Shown here piece by piece: positions 23,292 through 33,945 of a stretch of DNA of 55,683 nt. The notes beneath the pieces are model-generated. The model was not told where the DNA came from, did not search any database, and saw nothing but the letters and a program-made list of their open reading frames with translations. The first letter of the stretch is position 1, and each line of letters opens with the position of its first letter. Both the position numbers and the translations under genes were made by a program. The stretch is from an uncultured Clostridia bacterium (GTDB lineage: Bacteria; Bacillota; Clostridia; TANB77; CAG-465), in NCBI GenBank assembly GCA_944388545.1, contig CALXJE010000006.1, positions 1 through 55,683 on the forward strand, read 5' to 3'.

Positions 23292-23456
23292 TTAATTTTC
23301 TTTTATTTTTCCAACTTTAGGATTTTCACATTTTTGATTAGCTACGGTACATGATGTTTTACAAGCACTCTGACATGAAGTTTGACATTCGCCACAGCCT
23401 ACATGTTTGCTGGATACCTTTTTAAATCCATTTGATATGGTTTTAACATTTCTCAT
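23292..23456 (-). CDS. scfA: Six-cysteine peptide SCIFF (ranthipeptide precursor)
   Basis: Contains the near-invariant SCIFF core GCGECQTSCQSACKTSCTVANQKCE. The start is placed at MRNVKT (AAAGGA RBS 8 nt upstream); the track ORF extends to 23474. Confidence 0.85.
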   Translation of the reverse strand: MRNVKTISNGFKKVSSKHVGCGECQTSCQSACKTSCTVANQKCENPKVGKIKEN

Positions 23457-23542
23457 CTTGTCCATTCCTTTCATATTAATGATTGAATAATTTAAATATT
23501 TTTTACAAAAAAATTATATCATATATTTTTTGTTATAACAAT

Positions 23543-25642
<2,100 letters not shown>

Positions 25643-25647
25643 CTAAA

Positions 25648-26262
25648 TTATTTTTCAACATCAATATGTTTCCCAAATTTTACAATGTAATCAAATAGTG
25701 ACCATACTGTAGCAAGAAGTGCAAATGAAATAGAAACTGTCATAAACACATTTATTGTTAATTCAAATAGTCCCATATTTGTTCCTTTTAGTATAAATTC
25801 CCCAAAAGGATTTGTATCAATAATTGCAAAAGCTATACCTACCATTTGGAATATTGTTTTAATTTTGCCAGATTTAACAGCAGCTATAGCAACTCCATTA
25901 TCAGAGCCAAACATTCTTAAAGACGAAGCAAAGAAATCTCTACCTATAATTATAGCAACTATCCAAGCAGGCAAAGTTCCAATTCCTGCAAGCATTATTA
26001 ATCCTGATGCTACTAATAATTTATCTGCAAGTGGATCCATAATTTTGCCAAAATTAGTAACTATACCTTTTTTTCTAGATATTATTCCATCAAACATATC
26101 AGTAAGTGCAGCTATAACAAATATTCCTAAAGCAACATATTTCATATAATCCCATACATTTAATTCTACTAGAACCATAAGTACTATAAAAATTGGAACT
26201 AGTGCTATTCTTAGCATTGTTAACCTATTTGGTACATTCATTTTTTTTAACATTTTAATCAT
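25648..26262 (-). CDS. pgsA: CDP-diacylglycerol--glycerol-3-phosphate 3-phosphatidyltransferase
   Basis: 204 aa. CDP-alcohol phosphatidyltransferase motif DMFDGIISRK...G..MDPLADKL. Polytopic. Confidence 0.88.
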   Translation of the reverse strand: MIKMLKKMNVPNRLTMLRIALVPIFIVLMVLVELNVWDYMKYVALGIFVIAALTDMFDGIISRKKGIVTNFGKIMDPLADKLLVASGLIMLAGIGTLPAWIVAIIIGRDFFASSLRMFGSDNGVAIAAVKSGKIKTIFQMVGIAFAIIDTNPFGEFILKGTNMGLFELTINVFMTVSISFALLATVWSLFDYIVKFGKHIDVEK

Positions 26263-26318
26263 AAATCTCTCTCCTTTTCTTTTTACATTTATAATGCTAA
26301 TAATAGTAAATCAGAAAA

Positions 26319-27710
26319 CTATTTTAAATTATTTACTAATTCTTTAAAATGATTTCCTCTTACTTCAAAATTTTTGTACATATCAAACGAAGCCGAAGCT
26401 GGTGATAATACAACTATATCATTACTTAACGCTACAGAATTTGCATAATTTACACATTCTTCCATAGAACTTAAAGTAATTATATCTAATTTTTCCTTAG
26501 TGCCTCTATTTTCTATTTCTTCTTTTACTGCTTTTTCTATTTTAGAAGCCGTTTTTCCCATTAATATAAGGATTTTAACTTTGTCTAATATATATGGCGC
26601 CATTACGTTATAATCTAGATTTTTATCATAACCTCCGGCTATTAATATAATCTTTTGATTAAACGATTTTAATCCTGCTATTGTTCTAGAAGGACTTGTT
26701 CCTATAGAGTCATTATACCATTTAACATCATTTTTTTCCTTTACTAGTTCCATTCTATGCTCTACGCCGTTAAATTCTCGTATAACTTCTATGATAGGCT
26801 TTATCCCTGTATAAGAAATAACAGCTGATATGGCTGCACATATATTAGCTATATTATGAATTCCAACTAACCTTACATTATCTATATTATCAATTATTGT
26901 TTCTTTATCTATATTAGAAACTATATTATTATTTTCTAAATAAGTACCATTTTCTATTTTTTTATTTAAACTAAAATATCTTATTTGAACTCCTCTTTGA
27001 ACATTTTTCAAATATCTACTTGTCATTTTATCATCTGCATTAAATACAACTATATTTCCTGCTTTTTGATATTTAAAAATATTTGCTTTAGCATCAATAT
27101 ATTCATCATAACTTCTATGATAATCTAAATGATTAGGAGATATATTAGTTATTACGGATATATCAGGACTTTCCTTTAAAGTCATAAGTTGAAAACTACT
27201 TAATTCTAATACTATTATATCGTCTTTTTTTATCTCATCTATTTTGGAGAATATTGCTTTACCTATATTACCACCAAGCCACACTTTATATCCTGCTTTT
27301 TCTAGAAACTTAGATATTAATGTTGTCGTTGTAGTTTTGCCGTCACTTCCTGTAACTGCAAATATTTTACAAGGAGCTAAATGTATTAACATTTCTATTT
27401 CAGAAGTTATTATAGTTCCATTTTCTTTTGCCTTTTCTATTTCAGGATAAAAAGGTCTAACACCTGGCGATCTAAAAATATAATCTAAATCTTCTAAATG
27501 ATTTAAATAATTTTCTCCTAAATAGTATTTTATTTTCATTCCTTTTAAAGAGGGATACTCTGATAAAAGGTTTTCATTTTTATCATAAAGAGTAATTTTT
27601 GCACCTAAATCATGTAAGTATTCTATAGCTGGAAGATTACTAACTCCAATTCCAACTAATCCTATTTTTTTACCTTTTACATTCTGCTTAAATTCAAGTA
27701 GTTTATCCAT
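26319..27710 (-). CDS. murD: UDP-N-acetylmuramoyl-L-alanine--D-glutamate ligase
   Basis: 463 aa. N-terminal Rossmann GLVGIGVSN and Mur ligase P-loop VTGSDGKTTTT. Confidence 0.9.
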   Translation of the reverse strand: MDKLLEFKQNVKGKKIGLVGIGVSNLPAIEYLHDLGAKITLYDKNENLLSEYPSLKGMKIKYYLGENYLNHLEDLDYIFRSPGVRPFYPEIEKAKENGTIITSEIEMLIHLAPCKIFAVTGSDGKTTTTTLISKFLEKAGYKVWLGGNIGKAIFSKIDEIKKDDIIVLELSSFQLMTLKESPDISVITNISPNHLDYHRSYDEYIDAKANIFKYQKAGNIVVFNADDKMTSRYLKNVQRGVQIRYFSLNKKIENGTYLENNNIVSNIDKETIIDNIDNVRLVGIHNIANICAAISAVISYTGIKPIIEVIREFNGVEHRMELVKEKNDVKWYNDSIGTSPSRTIAGLKSFNQKIILIAGGYDKNLDYNVMAPYILDKVKILILMGKTASKIEKAVKEEIENRGTKEKLDIITLSSMEECVNYANSVALSNDIVVLSPASASFDMYKNFEVRGNHFKELVNNLK

Positions 27711-27829
27711 ACTCGATCTACCTCCGCCTCATTATATTACATATATATTTAATTTGCAATATTTTAATATTTTTTTACATTATTTTCACATTAATATATA
27801 TAATATAATCATTAAAACATTATATGTAT

Positions 27830-27856
27830 AAAAAATATCGCATATTAACTATGCGA
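27830..27856 (-). terminator. Rho-independent terminator of hup
   Basis: TCGCATA / TATGCGA stem (27838-27844 / 27850-27856), followed on the minus strand by a T-run. Confidence 0.65.
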
Positions 27857-27883
27857 CATTTTTAAATTTAAATAAACTATTAA

Positions 27884-28162
27884 TTATTTACCATTAACAA
27901 TTTCTTTAAGAGCTTTTCCAGCTTTGAATACAGGTGCTTTTGAAGCAGGTATTTTTATTTCAGCTCTAGTTAAAGGATTTCTTCCTTTTCTAGCTGCTCT
28001 TTGTCTTACTTCGAAAGTTCCAAATCCAACTAATTGAACTTTTTCACCTTTCTTTAAAGCTCCTTCAACTGATGCTACAAATGCATCTAAAGCAGCTTCT
28101 GCAGCTTTTTTTGTTAATTTGCTTTCTTCTGCTATTTTTGCGATTAATTCTCCTTTATTCAT
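27884..28162 (-). CDS. hup: DNA-binding protein HU
   Basis: 92 aa. MNKGELI...[22 protein letters not shown] canonical HU sequence. Confidence 0.95.
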   Translation of the reverse strand: MNKGELIAKIAEESKLTKKAAEAALDAFVASVEGALKKGEKVQLVGFGTFEVRQRAARKGRNPLTRAEIKIPASKAPVFKAGKALKEIVNGK

Positions 28163-28235
28163 CTTAATTTACCTCCTATTTTTTAAGATTACACTTATGT
28201 TATACTTTATTTGTTGAATATTGTCAACACTTTTA

Positions 28236-29852
28236 TTAAACTTTTTTTATTTTTTTAACGAAGTGACATATTTTGTTACCATAAGGAAGTTCCATAATTT
28301 CATCTCTTGATAATACGTTTAAATTAATTATAGCTATTATATATGTAATGACTGCAGCACATATACTAATCAATGTAGATACACTATTTGACGAAGTTAT
28401 GTAACACATCAAGTTATATGATAAAATTGTAATTATTGTCATTATAAAAGAAGCAATAAGAGGTTTTCCCAATATATTTTTATTATCAAATTTTGTATTT
28501 AATGTTGTATATAAACAAAAGGTTGATACTATTACTGCAATTGCCTGATATATTAAAGTAGTTATAGGAACTACAACTTCACCAAAAATTGGTACAAATA
28601 TTATATTTAAAAAGTATTTTGTAACTGCTCCTATAAGTAAAGATAGTCCTGGTATATATAATTTTCCCAAGCCATGTAAAGACCCATAAGCTGTTTGCGC
28701 AAGCACTGAAAATATAACAACAAAAGCTTCTATTCTAAGTAAATAAGCCCCTTCACTAGCATTAGGGAATAACATTTGAATAATAGGTCCTGCAAGAACT
28801 GATAATCCTACTGCGCAAGGAAATGCTATTATAGATGATATCTTCATCGAATAATTAATTTTAGAAATAGCTTCATTTTTCTTTCCTTTTGTTATTGCAC
28901 TAGTTACTATAGGAACAAGAGATGTTGAGAAAGCAACATTTAAAGCAAGTGGTACGGATGTTAGTATGTCAACTTTTCCAAGTATTATACCAAATTTTTC
29001 ATTTGCTTGTTCTACTGTATAGCCAAATTTTTGAAGTCCATCCATAACTGTAACAAGATCTATCATTCCAGCAAGTGCAACTACTATACTTCCAAAAGAT
29101 ATTGGTATCACATAATGTATTATTTTTCTTACAATTTGTCTCCTTCCCTCTTGAGGCAAATCGGCAGAATTTCTAACATTTTCTTTTATTTCTTTTCTAC
29201 TTCTCCTATAGTACATAACTAAATATAACAAAGCTACAAGTGTAGATATAGCTGTAGCCGCTGTTGAACCTGCTGCCATTATTTCAGGAGATTTAGTTAC
29301 AAGCATTAGTACAAATACAATTGATAGTATACTGTTAACTATTTGTTCTATTATCTGCGCTACACTATGTGCAACCATGTTTTCCATTCCCACAAAATAT
29401 CCTCTAAATACTGAAGCAATAGAAACAAATAAAACCGCAGGTGATAGTACCATAAGCGTATACTTTACTCCAGGGTTTGATAATATATTTGTTGAAATAT
29501 ATTCTGATGAAAAAAGTAAAGCTAGAGAGAAAAACAATCCTATTGCTGTAAATACTGTAAGAGCTGTTTTAAAAACTTTATGCGCTCCCCTACTATCTCC
29601 TACTGCAAGCTTTTCTGAAACTAATTTAGAAATAGTATTAGGAATTCCCATTGTAGCTACTGCTAATATAAATGAATATACTTTATATCCTGCTCCATAG
29701 TAGCTATTTCCTATATCACTGAAATTTTCTATATTAGTAAGAACTATTCTATAAATAAACCCAAATATCTTAATAAGTATTTGAGAAATCATTATAACTA
29801 AAACACCTTTCATAAAGGTTTGTTTTTTTATAGCCAATTTTACACCACCCAA
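28236..29852 (-). CDS. spoVB: MOP-superfamily flippase, SpoVB/MurJ-like (stage V sporulation protein B type)
   Basis: About 530 aa, polytopic. N-terminus KKQTFMKGVLVIMISQILIKIFGFIYRIVL matches the SpoVB-type start. The true start may be the TTG at 29837 (GGTGGTG RBS). Confidence 0.75.
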   Translation of the reverse strand: MGGVKLAIKKQTFMKGVLVIMISQILIKIFGFIYRIVLTNIENFSDIGNSYYGAGYKVYSFILAVATMGIPNTISKLVSEKLAVGDSRGAHKVFKTALTVFTAIGLFFSLALLFSSEYISTNILSNPGVKYTLMVLSPAVLFVSIASVFRGYFVGMENMVAHSVAQIIEQIVNSILSIVFVLMLVTKSPEIMAAGSTAATAISTLVALLYLVMYYRRSRKEIKENVRNSADLPQEGRRQIVRKIIHYVIPISFGSIVVALAGMIDLVTVMDGLQKFGYTVEQANEKFGIILGKVDILTSVPLALNVAFSTSLVPIVTSAITKGKKNEAISKINYSMKISSIIAFPCAVGLSVLAGPIIQMLFPNASEGAYLLRIEAFVVIFSVLAQTAYGSLHGLGKLYIPGLSLLIGAVTKYFLNIIFVPIFGEVVVPITTLIYQAIAVIVSTFCLYTTLNTKFDNKNILGKPLIASFIMTIITILSYNLMCYITSSNSVSTLISICAAVITYIIAIINLNVLSRDEIMELPYGNKICHFVKKIKKV

Positions 29853-29934
29853 TTATAATATAATATGATTTAAATAATTATATTCCAAAGAAAAAAATAA
29901 TTCAATACAAAAAGTATTCTTTTTTGAATATTTC

Positions 29935-29963
29935 TTTACACTTTAGTTTTTTAATTGTATAAT
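29935..29963 (+). promoter_or_regulatory. Sigma-A promoter for the tsaE operon
   Basis: TTTACA (29935-29940) - 17 nt - TATAAT (29958-29963). Confidence 0.55.
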
Positions 29964-29980
29964 TGTTATGGTGAATTGAT

Positions 29981-30430
29981 TTGAAAGAATATATATCAAA
30001 AAATGAATTAGAAACTAAGAAAATAGCATACGAATTTGCAAAAACATTAAATAATAACTCTGTAATTGTTCTTAATGGTGATTTGGGTTCTGGTAAAACT
30101 AAATTTGTTAATGGACTTGCTGAATATTTTAAAGTATCTAATCTAGTATGTAGTCCAACGTTTACAATTGTAAATGAATATCCTGTAAAACAATCAGAAA
30201 AGGTATCTTACATCTATCATTTTGATGTATATAGATTAAATGGAAGTGATGATTTCATTGATTCTGTTGGAACTGATTATTTTGATAAAGGCTTATGCAT
30301 TATTGAATGGGGTAATATAATTAAAGATATTTTACCACCCAATACAATATATATATCAATTGAACGTATTTCTTCTAATGATAATTTTAGAAAAATAACA
30401 ATATATGAAAAAGGAGATGTTTTAGTATAA
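29981..30430 (+). CDS. tsaE: tRNA t6A biosynthesis ATPase TsaE
   Basis: 149 aa, TTG start. P-loop GDLGSGKTKFVNGL and the SPTFTIVNEY motif. Confidence 0.88.
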   Translation: MKEYISKNELETKKIAYEFAKTLNNNSVIVLNGDLGSGKTKFVNGLAEYFKVSNLVCSPTFTIVNEYPVKQSEKVSYIYHFDVYRLNGSDDFIDSVGTDYFDKGLCIIEWGNIIKDILPPNTIYISIERISSNDNFRKITIYEKGDVLV

Positions 30431-31188
30431 TGAACATTTTAGGAATTGATACTTCTACTAAAAAAGCAAATGTATGTATTAAAAAAAATAATAATATAAT
30501 TAATAAAACTATTGATAATGAAATCACTCATTCTGAAAAGCTTCTTCCTCTTATAGACCAAACTTTAAAAGATTCTAAACTTTCTTTAAAAGAGATTAAT
30601 TATCTAGCTTGTTCTATAGGACCAGGTTCTTTTACAGGTATAAGAATAGGAATTGCTACTATTAAAGCTTTTGCAAAGGTACTAGATGTTCCTATTTTTG
30701 CTGTTTCAAGTTTAGATATATTAGCATATACAGATATTCATGAATCTGACGATTACATTATATCAATAATGGATGCTAAAAACTTTCGAATATACTATTC
30801 TGTTTACAAAGTAAACAAACTTAAATATTATGGTAAATTAATTCCGGTACTAAGCCCTATATTAGATTATAGTAATGATATAATTGATGATGCTTTAGAT
30901 AACATTAATAATATATTCTTAAAAGAGGATTTATCTACTATACCCAACCTCAAAATCATAGGTGATTGCTCTGAAATATATGAAGAAGTATTTATAAATA
31001 AACTAGATTACCTTTTTAAAACCATATCTATACATAACGCTAATCTTTCTGGTGAATCTTTAATAAATATGTTAAGTAATTATATAAAATTAGGATTTGA
31101 TGATAATCATAAAAAGGATTATCTAACACTTGATGCATTATATGTTAGACCTTCTCAGGCAGAAAGGGCAAAAAATAATGAAGTATAA
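30430..31188 (+). CDS. tsaB: tRNA t6A biosynthesis protein TsaB
   Basis: 252 aa. ILGIDTSTKKANV and GPGSFTGIRIG motifs. Confidence 0.85.
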   Translation: MNILGIDTSTKKANVCIKKNNNIINKTIDNEITHSEKLLPLIDQTLKDSKLSLKEINYLACSIGPGSFTGIRIGIATIKAFAKVLDVPIFAVSSLDILAYTDIHESDDYIISIMDAKNFRIYYSVYKVNKLKYYGKLIPVLSPILDYSNDIIDDALDNINNIFLKEDLSTIPNLKIIGDCSEIYEEVFINKLDYLFKTISIHNANLSGESLINMLSNYIKLGFDDNHKKDYLTLDALYVRPSQAERAKNNEV

Positions 31189-31630
31189 CATAGAAAAAGC
31201 AAGTTTAAAAGATTCTAAAGAAATATTAAATCTTCAAAATGAATATAAACATAATTTAATATCACACACTTCTCTTAAAGAAGATTTAGAAGATAAAAAT
31301 AAAGTTTATTTAGTAGCTAAAATAGGCAGTAAAGAAATTGTTGGAGCTATTGGTATATCACTACTGGTTGACCACGCAGATATAATAATTATAATTACTA
31401 AGAAAAATTATTCTAACCTTGGTATTGCTTCTTCCCTTTTATCAGAATCAATTGATATGCTAAAAAAACTAAATATAGCCAAATTATTTCTAGAAGTAAG
31501 AGAGTCTAATACTCCCGCTATAAATCTATATGAAAAGTTTAAGTTCAAAAAAATATCTATAAGAAAAAATTACTATCCAAATAATAATGAAAATGCATTA
31601 GTGTATAAGATAGACATATCAAAAACATAA
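31178..31630 (+). CDS. rimI: Ribosomal-protein-alanine N-acetyltransferase (GNAT)
   Basis: Start chosen at MKYNIEKA (the track ORF starts at 31130 inside tsaB). GNAT A-motif region NLGIASSLL. Canonical tsaE-tsaB-rimI order. Confidence 0.8.
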   Translation: MKYNIEKASLKDSKEILNLQNEYKHNLISHTSLKEDLEDKNKVYLVAKIGSKEIVGAIGISLLVDHADIIIIITKKNYSNLGIASSLLSESIDMLKKLNIAKLFLEVRESNTPAINLYEKFKFKKISIRKNYYPNNNENALVYKIDISKT

Positions 31631-31652
31631 AAAATTTGATATGTCTATCTTA
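31606..31652 (+). terminator. 18-bp perfect hairpin enclosing the rimI stop codon
   Basis: TAAGATAGACATATCAAA (31606-31623) pairs with TTTGATATGTCTATCTTA (31635-31652). The TAA stop lies in the loop. No clear T-tract follows. Confidence 0.45.
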
Positions 31653-31783
31653 CTTATAACAATCTTTCTATTATTAAAGAATTTCTTGTTTTCATTTTCA
31701 TATTCCTCTTTCATTGTTTTTTTATTTAATAGTATCCTATATTTTTGCGATATCAGGCATTATTTTTTTAATGCTTTTACATG

Positions 31784-32494
31784 TTATTTTATTAATCCTA
31801 TTTCTGTATAATCATCAATTACTTTATCTATTGCCTCTTCTATATATGTTACAACTTCTGTATTAGATAGGAGTTCTAATGTTTCATTTACTTCTTCATT
31901 TTCTTCATCTATCTCTATAGATGCTTTTTCTATAGTATCCTCTGTATATTCTAGAAAATATGATATTTGCTCAATTAGCCTATGGATTTCTTCAAATTCA
32001 AATTCCTCCATATTTGGATTATCTATATCCATATTATCAAATTTTTTTAGATTTATTTTATACATTTCAAAAAGATATTTATTTAATTTAGAATAGTCTC
32101 TATACATAGTTTTTTTAAAATCATCATATGGTATATAATCATCTATATCTCTTAATAGTATTTGTTTTTTATCTTCAGTTATTGCTACAACATGATTAGG
32201 TATATAATTTCTAAACCAAATATCATCTGAAATCAAATGACATAGATATCCTTGAATAAAAGGTTCATTTAACCTATTTTTGTATTTTTTTATAAATTTG
32301 TCTAAATCTGGAACTTCTCTTTCTGTACCATTTATATTTACTTTTTTTAAAAAGTGTGAAACATATCTTGATAAATTTGTTAACTTACTTAAATCTGGAG
32401 CAAGATTTCCTATCAAAAATTCTTTTCTATCTGAATTATTTAATTTTTGAGATACTTTTTTCCCTATACATAAATGCATAACTGCTGATCCCAT
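31784..32494 (-). CDS. Hypothetical protein (possibly zinc-dependent phospholipase C-like fold)
   Basis: 236 aa. The N-terminal AVMHLCIG...GNLAPDL...SHF pattern resembles His/Asp metal ligands of that fold. Weak, from memory. Confidence 0.45.
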   Translation of the reverse strand: MGSAVMHLCIGKKVSQKLNNSDRKEFLIGNLAPDLSKLTNLSRYVSHFLKKVNINGTEREVPDLDKFIKKYKNRLNEPFIQGYLCHLISDDIWFRNYIPNHVVAITEDKKQILLRDIDDYIPYDDFKKTMYRDYSKLNKYLFEMYKINLKKFDNMDIDNPNMEEFEFEEIHRLIEQISYFLEYTEDTIEKASIEIDEENEEVNETLELLSNTEVVTYIEEAIDKVIDDYTEIGLIK

Positions 32495-32554
32495 ATTACC
32501 ACCTCTTTAAGTGATAATACCATAACATTATTAATTTTGCAACATAAATAAAAA

Positions 32555-32580
32555 TAATGCCGGGAATTTTCCCGGTATTA
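32555..32580 (-). terminator. Rho-independent terminator of the sigma factor gene
   Basis: CCGGG / CCCGG-cored stem (32555-32564 / 32571-32580), followed on the minus strand by a T-rich run. Confidence 0.65.
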
Positions 32581-32583
32581 TTT

Positions 32584-33612
32584 TTACTTGTTATTTATGA
32601 AATTCCTAAGGTGTTTACTAGGTGACCTAAGCTTTCTTAGAGCTTTTGCTTCGATTTGTCTTATTCTTTCACGAGTTACATTAAATTGATTCCCAACTTC
32701 CTCTAAAGTTCTAGGTATCCCGTCTTCAAGTCCAAATCTTAATTTAAGAACTTTTGCTTCCCTTATAGACAAAGTGCCTAGTGCTTTATTTATAGCATCC
32801 TTTAATTCCCATTTTTCGGAAATTTCTTCAGTGCTTTCTGTTTCTGCGGCTATAAAATCTCCTAATGTAGAATCTTCCTCTTCACCTATAGGTGTTTCAA
32901 AAGATACTGGCTCAATTGACGCAATTTCTATTTCTTTTGCTTTCTCTACAGTAATATTCATTAATAAAGCAACTTCCTCGTTATTGGGATTTCGACCGTT
33001 TTCTTGAAAGAACATTTTACATATTCTTTTATATCTGTTTATATTTTCAGACATATGAACTGGTATTCTAATAGTTCTTGATTGATCAGCAATTCCTCTT
33101 GTTATAGCTTGTCTTATCCACCAAGTAGCATAGGTACTAAATTTATACCCTTTAGTTATATCAAATTTTTCTATTGCCTTCATAAGTCCAATATTACCTT
33201 CTTGAACAATATCTTGTATTTGCATCCCTCTATTTACATATCTTTTTGCAATACTAACAACAAGACGCAAATTTTTAACTGCAAATTCTTGTTTTGCTTT
33301 TTCATCTCCATTCCTTATCCGATTACAATAGTAAATTTCCTCCTCAGGTGTGCATATAGGGATTTCTCCTAACTGATTAAGATATATTTTAAATGTATCT
33401 TTGCTTGTTTCATTATTGTCAGTTTCAGAAAAATCATAATCGTCTTTATTTTCTTCATCTTTTTCTTCTTCAAATTCATCAAATGCAAAATCTTCTTCTA
33501 TATGCTTAAGATCTTCTTCAGTAGGTTCTTCACCAGCAGTGTTTTCCTGTAAAATATCCTCATTATATTCATATTCTTTTAAGTAAATATCATCTTTTTT
33601 TATATCAGGCAT
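32584..33612 (-). CDS. sigA: RNA polymerase sigma-70 family factor, SigA/RpoD-type
   Basis: Start set at MPDIKKD (GGAGG 8 nt upstream); the track ORF extends to 33681. Acidic region 1, then [27 protein letters not shown] (region 2.4/3) and region 4 [20 protein letters not shown]. Confidence 0.88.
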   Translation of the reverse strand: MPDIKKDDIYLKEYEYNEDILQENTAGEEPTEEDLKHIEEDFAFDEFEEEKDEENKDDYDFSETDNNETSKDTFKIYLNQLGEIPICTPEEEIYYCNRIRNGDEKAKQEFAVKNLRLVVSIAKRYVNRGMQIQDIVQEGNIGLMKAIEKFDITKGYKFSTYATWWIRQAITRGIADQSRTIRIPVHMSENINRYKRICKMFFQENGRNPNNEEVALLMNITVEKAKEIEIASIEPVSFETPIGEEEDSTLGDFIAAETESTEEISEKWELKDAINKALGTLSIREAKVLKLRFGLEDGIPRTLEEVGNQFNVTRERIRQIEAKALRKLRSPSKHLRNFINNK

Positions 33613-33945
33613 AGAAGATACCTCCTTTTCAATCTTAATATAAAGGGTTTGATTTACAACTATATTAGAACTTTGATACATGTAATTACATCCTTTCTTA
33701 ATGTTTTTGCAGATAAATTATTACTACAACTTAAAAATCAAATCTAATTGATTATACCATAATTATGTAAATTAGTCAATTATACTTTTATATATACTTT
33801 AGTTTTATGTTACATTTATATTACAATGCTAATTTTAATACTTTTTTTACTAATATTAGTTGAATATTTTTTAATTTTATTATATATATTAATTGAATAT
33901 TTATGCATATAAATAAATTTTAAAATATATTTTAGAGGTTAACAT

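Noticed and set aside
32584-33681. The sigma-70 gene lacks the usual upstream dnaG, so it might be a secondary SigA paralogue.
   Set aside because: Regions 2-4 are essentially primary-sigma consensus. Gene order alone is weak evidence, and the rest of the genome is needed to count paralogues.
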